From Macrostomum lignano (Eukaryota), in the NCBI GenBank assembly GCA_002269645.1, contig NIVC01001837.1:168311-232310 (forward strand): a stretch of DNA of 64,000 nt, in the 5' to 3' direction. Both the position numbers and the translations under genes were made by a program. Numbering within the stretch: position 1 is the first letter of the stretch; each line of letters starts with the position of its first letter. Below are positions 12,805 through 36,600 of this stretch, piece by piece. The notes under the pieces were generated by a model that was not told the DNA's origin, did no database searches, and saw nothing but the letters and a program-made list of their open reading frames with translations.

Positions 12805-13432
12805 GTACCTTTATGGACTTATGCATATATAAATATTATGTGTTTACAATATAATATTACTTACAGATGTAGCAGCTTTTGTTCAGTACTTCAGTTTTCT
12901 ATAATTGATTCATTCTAATACAATTTTGTATGCTATACACTTATTGTACTACTAAGAGTAGATCAAAAGTCAAGCTGTGCGATTTTGTAATTATAATTAT
13001 TTTTTCTATCTCGAATTGATTATGACTTTACGATTGCGGGTATCTTTTTGCGATTTTCTATCAGCAGAGCGAGTTTATTATTTTCTTATGCGATTTCCTA
13101 TCAATATTTAATAACTGCTTGCCGTGTGCACTCGCTTCTATCTGATCTGGGCACCCTCCGATGTCTCACTCGCTTGCTTTGTCTGCTGCCAATTCTTAGT
13201 TTATCAATTGTTTACTTTACTTTCTGTACTGTTTTTTGAATCTGATTAGTAGTATAGGAAGTTTTAATGTCCTTTAATATATTGCTCGCTTACACATTTT
13301 ATGAATAACTGGGCTACGAGAATATGCTGCGTGCCGAAAGAGGACTGATGGTCCTGCAGACTTGGCATTTTACTGGCTTGCTCAGTTTCTATTGCCGATG
13401 GCTTCTCCCATCTTGTACAACAGGCACTTGAC

Positions 13433-14010
13433 AGACCAGCTGACAGGCCTCCAGCTGACAGGCCTCCAGCTGACAGGCCTCCAGCTGACAGGCTTTAGCT
13501 GACAGGCCTTTAACTGACAGGCCTCCAGCTGACAGGCCTTTAACTGACAGGCTTTAGCTGACAGGCCTTTAACTGACAGGCCTCCAGCTGACAGGCCTTT
13601 AACTGACAGGCCTTCAGCTGACAGACCTTCAGCTGACAGGCCTCCAGCTGACAGACCTTCAGCTGACAGGCCTCCAGCTGACAGACCTCCAACTGACAGG
13701 CCTCCAGCTGACAGGCCTTTAACTGACAGGCCTCCAGCTGACAGACCTCCAACTGACAGGCCTCCAACTGACAGGCCTCCAGCTGACAGGCCTCCAGCTG
13801 ACAGACCTTCAGCTGACAGACCTCCAGCTGACAGGCCTCCAGCTGACAGACCTCCAACTGACAGGCCTCCAGTTGACAGGCCTCCAGCTGACAGACCTCC
13901 AGCTGACAGGCCTCCAGCTGACAGACCTCCAGCTGACAGGCCTCCAGCTGACAGGCCTCCAGCTGACAGACCTTCAGCTGACAGGCCTCCAGCTGACAGA
14001 CCTTCAGCTG
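13433..14010. repeat. 15-bp minisatellite
   Basis: Unit GCTGACAGGCCTCCA, about 38 copies. Confidence 0.95.
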
Positions 14011-14654
14011 GCAATTCCAACCAGTGAAAATTCAATAATGAACTTTTGACTATAAATAACTCAGAATAAAGCGTGCATGTATGAAGCACTTGAGTCAATG
14101 TGACTCAGCTAACATACTTATCGGGAACTTCATCTCGCACATGATGCACTGACTTGCAACTGAAAGCTTTCTACAGGCAATTTTTACATTCACGACATCT
14201 GATTTGTTAAAACCGCGAGGCCGCAGATCTCGATCTTGTCTATCTATCTTCAGTTGTAAATCATGTGGCCTACGCGATGAGATTTCAGGCTGCTGTTGAC
14301 AGCTCGACTTCAAGTTCACTGACAAAGCTAGGAAATCCAATTTCCTCTTTGGCTGGAGACGAATATAAAGCCCGAGATTACTTCTCATTTTTCAGCTGCT
14401 TGTCCAGTGCAACTGACTTCCTTTCCCACCGTTGCTACGTGTACTACGTCTGGCAAAACTGTCTTTTGTAAAGCAGATGCTGTCTTTGCCCCCATGAGTC
14501 AATGTACACTCAAAAAAATTAGGCCAAGTAAGTGCCTTATCTGAGGTCCAATAATGCCAAATCTGGGGTCTATATAAGCCACTACTGTGGCACTTAGTGT
14601 CATTTAGTGTAACCTAGTATGTAGCCTTTGTAATCTAAATTAGTCTTTTTAGCC

Positions 14655-15205
14655 TAATATGCCATCTTTATAGCCTAATATGCAGTCTTTGTAGCCTAAT
14701 ATGCAGTCTTTGTAGTATTCAAGATGCAGTCTTTGTAGCCTAATATGCACTCTGTAGTAAAAATGCAGTCTTTATAGCCTAATATGCAGTCTTTGTAGCC
14801 TAATATGCAGTCTTTGTAGTATTCAAGATGCAGTCTTTGTAGCCTAATATGCACTCTGTAGTAAAAATGCAGTCTTTATAGCCTAATATGCAGTCTTTGT
14901 AGCCTAATATGCAGTCTTTGTAGTATTCAAGATGCAGTCTTTGTAGCCTAATATGCACTCTGTAGTAAAAATGCAGTCTTTATAGCCTAATATGCAGTCT
15001 TTGTAGCCTAATATGCAGTCTTTGTAGTATTCAAGATGCAGTCTTTGTAGCCTAATATGCACTCTGTAGTAAAAATGCAGTCTTTATAGCCTAATATGCA
15101 GTCTTTGTAGCCTAATATGCAGTCTTTGTAGTATTCAATATGCAGTCTTTGTAGCCTTAAATGAAGTATTTATAGCCTAAAATGCAGTCGTTGTAGCCTA
15201 AAATA
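14655..15205. repeat. ~21-bp minisatellite with 104-bp higher-order repeat
   Basis: Monomer TAGCCTAATATGCAGTCTTTG. The variant TAGTATTCAA recurs at 14713, 14817, 14921, 15025 and 15129. Confidence 0.92.
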
Positions 15206-15569
15206 TAGTATGGATTCCTCAATATAGTCCATTAATGTACATGCAGCCTAAAATATACTTAAGAAAGAAGCATATTTGCACTTTCAAAGAAATTAAGGAT
15301 GCTCTCTTGCATACTAGCATACCTGTATGTACGTCACGAGTTTAGACAAGTTAGCCATATCCGTTAAGCACCAACTGTCGCACTATGCTGGTTGGTGACA
15401 GAACTCAACCAATTGTCAAACACGCTTTGCCCACGCATTTGCCGGCGCACGAACTAGTGACTTCTCGAAAGCTTACCTAAAAATGGTCAAATCGAAATTA
15501 ATGACGGCTTTGTTAGGCTACTGGGCAATCACTGTCCGCGTAGGGCAGCGACTGCATGAGGATCTGGCT

Positions 15570-15583
15570 GTTGCCTTGGCAAC
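15570..15583. promoter_or_regulatory. Candidate RFX X-box
   Basis: Palindromic GTTGCCTTGGCAAC fits the RFX consensus GTTGCCATGGCAAC (13/14); lies in unique sequence about 3 kb upstream of the PDE1 ATG. Confidence 0.45.
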
Positions 15584-15865
15584 GAAGAAAACACTGGCTC
15601 TATGGGAAACCGGTACTGCAGTTTTGCTACAAGGGCTGACCGACGCTAATTCTTTGAAGCCCCATTAGCGGGAGAGGCGGGCGGTCGAGTAGAGTTTTCC
15701 TTCATTAGCTCTATAGAGAGACAAAAAGGTGCTTTTCGGATGCTTCTGGCCGTTCCTCTGTGCCCGCGCAGATCAAGCGGAATTCGTTCGGACTGCGCGA
15801 ATTTCTGTTGAAGCCCGATTTCGTGATGGACTTTGAGCCCGGGGGGTTCGCGAGCGGATTGCTGA

Positions 15866-17598
15866 GGGGAGACAGCGGATGTAGACGAAGGAAGATATCG
15901 GATGTAGACTAAAGGAAGACAGCGGATTTAGACTAAGGGAGACAGCGGATGTAGAGGGAGACAGCGGATGTAGACTAAGGGAGACAGCGGATGTAGAGGG
16001 AGACAGCGGATGTAGACTAAGGGAGACAGCGGATGTAGAGGGAGACAGCGGATGTAGACTAAGGGAGACAGCGGATGTAGACTAAGGGAGACAGCGGATG
16101 TAGACTAAGGGAGACAGTGGATGTAGACTAAGGGAGACAGCGGATGTAGACTAAGGGAGACAGCGGATGTAGACTAAGGGAGACAGCGGGTGTAGACTAA
16201 GGGAGACAGCGGATGTAGACTAAGGGAGACAGCGGATGTATAGGGAGACAGCGGATGTAGACTAAGGGAGACAGCGGATGTATAGGGAGACAGCGGATGT
16301 AGACTAAGGGAGACAGCGGATGTAGACTAAGGGAGACAGCGGGTGTAGACTAAGGGAGACAGCGGGTGTAGACTAAGGGAGACAGCGGATGTAGACTAAG
16401 GGAGACAGCGGATGTATAGGGAGACAGCGGATGTAGACTAAGGGAGACAGCGGATGTATAAGGAGACAGCGGATGTAGACTAAGGGAGACAGCGGATGTA
16501 TAGGGAGACAGCGGATGTATAGGGAGACAGCGGATTTATAGGGAGACAGCGGATGTATAGGGAGAGAGCGGATGTATAGGGAGACAGCGGATGTAGACTA
16601 AGGGAGACAGCAGATGTATAGGGAGACAGGGGATGTAGAGGGAGACAGCGGATGTTGACTAAGGGAGACAGCGGATGTAGACTAAGGGAGGCAGCGGATG
16701 TAGACTAAGGGAGACAGCGGTTGTAGACTAAGGGAGACAGCGGGTGTATAGGGAGACAGCGGATTTATAGGGAGACAGCGGATGTATAGGGAGACAGCGG
16801 ATGTATAGGGAGACAGCGGATGTAGACTAAGGGAGACAGCAGATGTATAGGGAGACAGGGGATGTAGAGGGAGACAGCGGATGTTGACTAAGGGAGACAG
16901 CGGATGTAGACTAAGGGAGGCAGCGGATGTAGACTAAGGGAGACAGCGGTTGTAGACTAAGGGAGACAGCGGGTGTATAGGGAGACAGCGGATGTAGACT
17001 AAGGGAGACAGCGGATGTATAGGGAGACAGCGGATGTAGACTAAGGGAGACAGCGGATGTATAAGGAGACAGCGGATGTAGACTAAGGGAGACAGCGGAT
17101 GTATAGGGAGACAGCGGATGTATAGGGAGACAGCGGATTTATAGGGAGACAGCGGATGTATAGGGAGACAGCGGATGTATAGGGAGACAGCGGATGTAGA
17201 CTAAGGGAGACAGCAGATGTATAGGGAGACAGGGGATGTAAAGGGAGACAGCGGATGTTGACTAAGGGAGACAGCGGATGTAGACTAAGGGAGGCAGCGG
17301 ATGTAGACTAAGGGAGACAGCGGATGTATAGGGAGACAGCCGATGTAGACTAAGGGAGACAGCGGTTGTAGACTAAGGGAGACAGCGGGTGTATAGGGAG
17401 ACAGCGGATGTATAGGGAGACAGCGGATGTAGACTAAGGGAGACAGCGGGTGTATAGGGAGACAGCGGATGTAGACTAAGGGAGACAGCGGGTGTATAGG
17501 GAGACAGCGGATGTAGACTAAGGGAGACAGCGGATGTAGAGAGGAAGACAGCGGATGTAGAGAGGGAGACAGCGGATGTAGAGAGGGAGACAGCGGAT
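15866..17598. repeat. 19/23-bp minisatellite
   Basis: Units AGGGAGACAGCGGATGTAGACTA and AGGGAGACAGCGGATGTAT over about 1.7 kb. Confidence 0.95.
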
Positions 17599-18554
17599 AT
17601 GGAGGGACTCGGTTGAACTCATTTAATCCCAAAATGCAGTCGTGCCCGAATTTGAGGCTCATTCCATAGCCCTAAAGAAGCAAAACACCTGGCCTGCTCA
17701 GAACAGAGCGCACACACTGCGTGTAGCAACCGTAGGAAGTGTGAGGACTTCGCCTCATCAGTTCGGAGTCCCGGGGCCAGCGCCTGTGGCATACCTTTAA
17801 CAAGCGAACGGGGGGCAGGCATGGATAATGAGGTGCAGCCAGCCGCTCTCCGAGCTCAATCCCATTAGGCCAGCCGTTTTGCCGCTTCCGCCACTGCCCA
17901 GCAACCGGGATGCGGGTGGAGAAGGAGCAAGCAGAGAGGGGGGATGAAGAGAGACAGACAGGGAGAGGAAGACACTGACGGCCCTCGGCTGATGCGGTGC
18001 CCGCGCGCTCTCCTCCAACCCCTTTCTTTCCTCGAAACTCGAGGGAGGATGGAAAGGTGAGAGAGAGAAGGGATGCTGGGAAATCCCGCACTCGAGGTGA
18101 TGAGGCTAGTGCGGAGGCTGAGGCTGATAAAGACGGGCGCAGGCCTAAATTAGGATTTCTCTCGAGTCCCACCTGTGCTTCTCCACTGCGCATTATTTTT
18201 TGTTGAGCAGGAATTCTGCGGCTCGATTTTCCCCAGCTCATCCTCTGAGCCTTGGCAGCTGGGGAGCCTCTTTCTTAATCACAGCAGCCCCGGTCTCCAT
18301 GACAGCCGCTTAGGGAATTCGAAGAGGCAGATAGATAGAACAGACTCGAGCATTTGCTGTGCGCAGCTGTTGCAGCTGAGCGCCAAGGACTACTTATATT
18401 GCAGCAGCGTCCTCAGCTCAAAAAGGTTTTTTTGAGCAGTCGAACTGAATATTGCCCGGCTGACTGCGTATAAGAATCTTCTAGAATTTGCTCAAATTTT
18501 CGCTTTCACTTGTGTTTTTCTCGCACAGCTTGCAGCTTTCAGGCTGCCGGTCAC

Positions 18555-29506
<10,952 letters not shown>

Positions 29507-30257
29507 ATTGATGAAGCGACCATCCAGTGGCAACCCAAAAAGAGTTCTGTGAACGCTGGTAGCCACTAACACACCGCAGTTACATGGAATTCTGTTTTAA
29601 AAGGTCCAACTTTGCTTTAAAATGCATTAGTGAGTTTGGCTTTTTCACTTTTAGCACAAACAGCATCAGGTGAGCCTGGCTTCAATCAATCAATGGAAGC
29701 GCATTAGACTAAGACATGCACTGAGTATTTAATACGCTCGTAACGCCTGCCTCGGTAATGCATTTTCAAGTGTTGGTCCTGTTGCTAACCAGATTCCTTG
29801 TGTAAGCTGGTTACTTAGTTACTGGCTGTTAAATTTTCAGATTCGTGTTTGGATAAGAACTCGTCTGGCTTTAGACATGCCCTGTCTGCACTACTGACAG
29901 TAGTTGAAGTCCAAGTTTTTTAAATTATTTTAATGTTGTACCTTGCTCACACAGCGTCCAGTATCCCCAGAAATAGTTACCCACTGCCGAAGCAGAACAA
30001 TTCTTGAAATTATCCTAATGCAAAGAATTCTTAGTACTGTAGTAGTCACCTGAAAATCTGCTTAAATGCATATCCTTTTAAGCCCTCTCTAATTCAGCAT
30101 GTAGCCAGAAACTAAGAGTGCAAATTTGCTATTTTTTATGAAGCATGAAATATAATATAAGCTGCACGATGTCTCGGTTTCCACCGGATTGCGGTAACAC
30201 AGAGCTTTGTTGAGTTCTTATTACTGACCCCTGCTGACTCATCTCTGTTTGTCTTGG

Positions 30258-30674
30258 CGACCCAGGATGATTGGGTAAGGGGGTTGGCGACCCTGAATGA
30301 TTGGGTGAGGGGTTGGCGACCCTAGATGATTGGGTGAGGGGTTGGCGACCCTGGAGGATTGTTTGAGGGGTTTGGCGACCCTGGTTGATTGGGTGAGGGG
30401 GTTGGCGACCCTGGATGATTGGGTGAGGGGGTTGGCGACCCTGTTTGATTGGTTAAGGGGTTTGCGACCCTGGATGATTGGGTGAGGGGGTTGGCGACCC
30501 TGGTTGATTGGGTGAGGGGGTTGGCGACCCTGGATGATTGGGTGAGGGGGTTGGTGACCCTGGTTGATTGGTTGAGGGGTTTGCGACCCTGGATGATTGG
30601 GTGAGGGGGTTGGCGACCCTGGATGATTGGTTGAGGGGTTTGGCGACCCTGGATGATTGGGTGAGGGGGTTGGC
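30258..30674. repeat. 30-bp minisatellite
   Basis: Unit GGGTTGGCGACCCTGGATGATTGGGTGAGG, about 14 copies. Confidence 0.95.
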
Positions 30675-30732
30675 GCGACTTGGCCACCATGATGACGGTT
30701 CTGTCTCACATGGGCGAGCAGGGCAGGTCCAG
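30675..30732 (-). pseudogene. Inverted 58-bp fragment of PDE1 exon 12
   Basis: Reverse complement matches 27263-27320 at 54/58 positions; one change converts TGC to TGA in the exon frame. Confidence 0.85.
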
Positions 30733-30849
30733 TGGTCTGGCGCGGCGCTCTGATGGGCCCAGGCTCGATTCTAAGTGCAGTCGCATTAATTTGGGGCTAA
30801 ATCTTGGCTCTCTTCTCGTGCAATTAACGCGCTTGAGGGCCAACCTCCA

Positions 30850-30991
30850 AGGCGCAGTGAAGTGTACATGCCTAACGAAAAATAAAGTCAGGGCCGCTGT
30901 ACACAGCTCCTGTACACTATACACACTGCTCACACAGGGTGTACAGCAGCCCAGGCTTTCTTTTCATCAGTCGTGTACACTCTCTGTACCT
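30850..30991. mobile_element. Small palindromic dispersed repeat (MITE-like)
   Basis: Diverged ~55-bp inverted arms (...GGGCCGCTGTACAC / GTGTACAGCAGCCC...); related single arms at 27411-27486 (+) and 60641-60717 (-). Confidence 0.6.
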
Positions 30992-31684
30992 TGGGGGGGG
31001 GGGGCTGGCCCTCATAGGAGGGAACCGCCCATGAATTGATTTGCAGGGAAAATGCAAAAACAAAAACCTATGAAAAATTTCCAGACGCTCCTTTGTTCCT
31101 GACCGGAGCTTTGACTCGAAAATTCTTTTTGAAAAACAAACCAATGCTCAGGTTCACATCGCAAAATATTCTTCAAAGATCTTCAAAGAAATTCCCAGGG
31201 GCGATAGGAGATTAAAAATCCAGCAGCACAGACAGTTTTGTCTCGAATTAAATTCAATAAAATTCTGTCAATAACAAGCTGACAGTTAATTCACTTCTTT
31301 CTTGTTGCAAAACAAAAAAACTGCACCTACTTCTAGTAGCAATAACGAAGCAAAAGTAGTCTACAAAGTTCTATCCGTGACGCAAAACTGTACATTGAGA
31401 GATATGCAGATCAGATTTCTCAGGTTAACAAAAATCAACGTAACAAGTTTATTGTAAAAATAGAGATTCACCTTTGATACAATGGAAGTTGTTGATAAGG
31501 AGATCCGTTTGATGACGCCACTGGCAGCTGACGAATTGCGTGCAGCAGCGCCTTTCCGGGAAATAAAATATTTCTCACCCTCATCTCCGTGTTTGCATTT
31601 TGCTTCTAGTTGTTCCAACACCTGGAACCTGCACTGAACAGTGTTTAATTAGCAGTAGCGTTTGCGCCTACGGCTGGGCCACAG

Positions 31685-31912
31685 ACAATTCCCATGTGCT
31701 GATTGCTGGGCCATAGACAGTTCCCATGTGCTGACTGCTGGGCCATAGACAGTTCCCATGTGTTGACTGCTGGGCCATAGACAGTTCCCATGTGCTGATT
31801 GCTGGGCCATAGACAGTTCCCATGTGCTGATTGCTGGGCCATAGACAGTTCCCAAGTGCCAACTCCTGGGCCATTTCCAACACTTCCAAGACTGGCCATA
31901 GACAGTTCCCAT
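31685..31912. repeat. 32-bp minisatellite
   Basis: Unit GCTGGGCCATAGACAGTTCCCATGTGCTGATT, about 6 copies. Confidence 0.9.
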
Positions 31913-32629
31913 CTGAATACAGTCAAATAAGGGATTATTTTTATAATTAAAAACCATTGGAAACTCCACAACTAAGTAATCAAATGATGCCGAATTGCCA
32001 TGATAAATTGTCATGAAGATGTGTATATTATAATATAATGCATCTATAACAGTATTGCACGGAATGGAATTACGGAATATAACAACATTTATAATAGATA
32101 AGCACATTTAGTTCATAAACAGTTTATTATTAAAAAAATTTTACCTACGCTCGTGGTAATGATAATAAATTCCTGACAATTATGGACAGACACTGTTTGT
32201 TTCACAAATAAATATACATGTAAGTTGTTTTAAACTTATTCTGTTACTTCAGAATGTGCAAGAGGACAATAACAAGTTACTATATTCAAACTTTCGATGC
32301 AGAAACTAATTAGTTAGTTGCTAAACTACATGTGCTATCGAATAGGTTGGGCACAGGACATTGAAGTGAAATGAAGCATTTTAAGTGAAACACGGAATAG
32401 CAATCAAAATGGTTAGCGCCGTCAGTTCGACCGGCTTTTCTCATTCAGTTCCAGACAATCTTTTGACAATTCTGTATGGGACAAAATAACAGGTGTTTCT
32501 GGGACTGCATCACAACAATAGTTTGAGGAAGTTTGCAGTTCGAGAAAGGAGAAACGTTCGAGAATAGACAGGGATCTGGGAAATGGGATTTCAAGAATTG
32601 GGGGTTGCAGGAAATGCTGTTTTGGGAAA

Positions 32630-33480
32630 TGGAAATTCTGGAAATGGGTAATTCTGGGAGTAGAAAATTCTGGGGAAGGGAAATTTTGGGAATGAGGGAT
32701 GCTGGGAATGGGGGATTCTGGAATTGGGGTATTCTGGGGAAGGGAAATTCTGGGAATGGGGGATTCTGGGAATGGGAGATTCTGGGAATGGGGGATTTTG
32801 GGAATGGGGGATTCTGGAAATGGGGTATTCTGGGGAAGGGAAATTCTGGGAATGGGGGATTCTGGGAATGGGGGATTCTGGGAATGGGGGATTCTGGGAA
32901 TGGGGGATTCTGGGAATGGGGGATTCTGGGAATGGGGGATTCTGGGAATGGGGGATTCTGGGAATGGGGGATTCTGGGAATGGGGGATTCTGGGAATGGG
33001 GGATTCTGGAAATGGGGTATTCTGGGGAAGGGAAATTCTGGGAATGGGGGATTCTGGGAATGGGGGATTCTGAAAATGGGGATGTCAGTTAATGGGAAAT
33101 TCTGGGAATGGGGGATTCTGGAAATGGGGGTGTCAGTTAATGGGAAATTCTGGGAATGGGAGATTCTAGGAATGGGGAACTCTGGGAGTGGGAAATTCTG
33201 GGGAAGGGAAATTCTGGGAATGGGAACGTCAGTTAATGGGAAATTATGGGAATGGGGAATTCTGGGAATGGGAACGTCAGTTAATGGGAAATTATGGGAA
33301 TGGGGAATTCTGGAAGTGGGAAATCCTGGGAATGGGAAGTTCTGGGAATGGGTAGTTCTGAGAATAAGGAATAATGGGAACGGGGAATCTGGGAATTAGA
33401 AAATAGAGGGACAAGGAATTAAAGGGGATTAGGGATTTCTGGGATTGGGAATTCAGGAAATGGGGATTTCTAGGATTGGG
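32630..33480. repeat. 15-bp G-rich minisatellite
   Basis: Unit ATTCTGGGAATGGGG over about 850 bp. Confidence 0.93.
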
Positions 33481-33614
33481 AATTCGAAAGTTTCCAACAC
33501 TTCCAAAACGCATCCACCACACTTTCTCTCTTGAGGAGGGTGCGGCTTGCAGTTTTAGAAATATTGTAGAATCGTTGCTTGACTGAGTTGACTTGCATCT
33601 CCTAGTAACCGCGA

Positions 33615-36600
33615 TCAGACCAGTGAGTCCGGTCTGCTGGCTGTGACGCGTTGGGGCTGCTGCTGCAGCGGCTGCTGCTGCTTCTGTTCCATCGGGGACC
33701 TCGCCGGGCGGCCGCTGGTGACGCTGGCGAATTTCAAGGTGGCAGCGCGCCCGGCCCCGGCCAGGCCTCCGACCGGTGCGCGCCTGTCGCCCGCGTTGCC
33801 TGGCCGGTGAACTGGAATTGATGAATTGAAGAATTGATGAATTGGTGAATTGGTGAATTGATGATTTGGTGAATTGGTGGATTGATGAATTGGTGAATTG
33901 ATGAATTGATGAATTGATGAATTGATGAATTGGTGAATTGATGAATTGGTGAATTAATGAATTGATGAATTGGTGAATTGATGAATTGATGAATTGGTGA
34001 ATTGATGAACTAATGAAATAAATAATAGATTAAAGTGATTAAATTTATTAATTTATTAATTTATTAATTTTTTTGAAATGACGAAGCGATGAATTGATTA
34101 ATTGAATTGACCTCTACACTCCCTCAGGTTCTGAATTCAGCAACAACTGCAGCGAACGCAGAATGATACTTCTTGGTTATTAACGTGCTCGGAAATTTGC
34201 ATTGAGAGGATTTAATTAACATCCGACTTTTCCTAAGCCCCCTGATACAATGGTAACTATTCTTAGTTGAACTTCGGCGCCTTGTTTTGGTACACAATAT
34301 AGTGAATAGAATGGCACTAAGTTCTTCATCAAGAGGCTTGGCTATTAGAGTGTCACAGTGTGAGATGATACTTGACTGGTGCAGTGTAGAACTGAGACGC
34401 AATTATATTACTGAGCGAGACTTACGCTACATCCACTGTTCCCTCAAATGCCACCCGCACCCACACCACCTGCACCCACACCACTTGCACCCACACCACC
34501 TGCACCCACACCACCTGCACCCACACCACCTGCACCCACACCGCCTGCACCCACACCACATCCACCCACACCGCCTGCACCCACACCACATCCACCCACA
34601 CCGCCTGCACCCACACCACCTGCACCCACACCACCTGCACCCATATCGCCTGCACCCATATCGCCTGCACCCACACCACCTGCACCCACATCGCCTGCAC
34701 CCACACCACCTGCACCCACACCACCTGCACCCATATCGCCTGCACCCACACCACATCCACCCACACCACCTGCACCCACACCACCTGCACCCACACCACC
34801 TGCACCCACACCACCTGCACCCACACCACCTGCACCCACACCACCTGCACCCACACCACCTGCACCCACACCACCTGCACCCACGCCGCCTGCAACCACA
34901 CCGCCTGCACCCACACCGCCTGCACCCACACCGCCTGCACCAACACCGCCAGCACCCACGCCGCCTGCAACCACACCGCCTGCACCCACGCCGCCTGCAA
35001 CCACACCGCCTGCACCCACACCGCCTGCACCAACACCGCCAGCACCCACACCGCCAGCACCCACGCCGCCTGCAACCACACCGCCTGCAACCATCCAACC
35101 TTCAGTCTAATCAAGTTTCCGCCGCAAAGGCAGTACAAACTTACGAATCCAATACAGAAGGCTGCGAAATTCACGCCGGAATTTCACCGACATGGCGTTG
35201 TAGATGACTGGATTGATGGCGGAGTTGACGAGGACCAGAAGGCGGCTGATCACGCGGTACCACTCGGAGACGATGCGATACTGCGGCGGTACAAAGCTGT
35301 TGTAGGCCACCATCAGGCGGTAGGGCAGCCACAGGATGGCGAACATCACCACGACTACGAATAGCATCTTCACCACCTGTGTTGAGTGGCGATGGTGATG
35401 GCTGAGTCTGAGTTATAAGCAACTGCATGGGATGTGCGGTGATATGGGTGCAGGTGATGTGGGTGCAAGTAGGGTGGGTGCGGGTGGTGTGAATGCAAGG
35501 TGGGATAGAGGGTATGGACAAGGATGTAAATGGAGAGGATGCTAATAGGTGGGGTGCTGATGGAGGGGTGCTAATGTAGGAGGTGCTAATGTAGGGGGTG
35601 CTAACGGAGGAGGTGCTAACGTAGGGGGTCCTAATGGAGGGGTGCTAATGGTGGGGGTGCTTTTAGACGGGGTGCTAATGGAGAAGTGCTAATGGAGAAG
35701 GTGCTAATGGAGGATGTGCTAATGGAGGGGGTGCTAATGGCGAGGTGCTAATGGAGGGGATTGTATTTTCGCGAAATTTCAACCAGAAATACTACAATAA
35801 TACGAGTAAGAGCAAAAGAAAAGCAAGAGAAAAGCAGAGCTGATTTCCTGGCGGCATAGAGAAGGCAGCTGTTGGACAGGAAGGAGTCACATTAGTCAAA
35901 GCCTGTTTCCAGGTACCCGGATGGAGTTAGAGCCTGGGTTCTGACTGCATGACACCAGGGGCGGATACAGCCCCCCCCCCCGAAGTTGACCTCAGCTAGG
36001 CGCCCATTGTGAGACACGCTATACGCCCTTTAAGCCAGAGTGATGGAGCGGCTTCCTAAAACCAACTGGCGGTTAGCCATCCTAGTTGGGAGGCGCGAGT
36101 TAGGCCTGTGCTGCAAATAGATAGGCGCAATGGGTCAGTTCAGCGGAAGTGGGCCCGCGCCGGCCCAAACGAGTGTTATTTACAAGACATTAAGTCAGGG
36201 GGGTTAGGCAGATTAAGAAAACGAGAGGGGTAAAGTACTCGACTGAGGAAAGAGGCAAGCTTGATGGGCCAATCAGAAGGTAGCGAGAGAGAAAGATAAG
36301 AAAACAAGAGTCAAGACTGAACTAGACGGAGGGAGAAAACAGCTGAGTAAAGAGAGACAAAGGGCAAATGGTCGAACAGAAGAAATTACTTGCAGCTGCG
36401 ACACATGTACGCTCGTACATTGAGGGGTGGCCTCATTTTGCGGTTTAGCGCGGTTTAGCGAGTGGCCGACTTCAGCGCCCACCCCAGCCTGGGAAGTAAC
36501 ACCCAAGCTTAAAAGGAATTAAACTATTTAAAAAATGTTGCATCTCTGCTGATTTCCAAGTTCCTCAAATATTGCAATAAGCATTCAAATCTCCGTTGCG

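Noticed and set aside
13382-14098. GLSAG collagen/silk-like ORF
   Set aside because: 15-bp array with no supporting flanking exons.
14506-18436. Possible CACTC-type TIR pair (CACTCAAAAAAA / TTTTTTTGAG)
   Set aside because: Only a 10-bp low-complexity match and no TSD.
34287-35207. Extensin-like PPAPT, His-rich and Cys-rich ORFs
   Set aside because: One 15-bp array open in all frames, inside GPCR intron 2.
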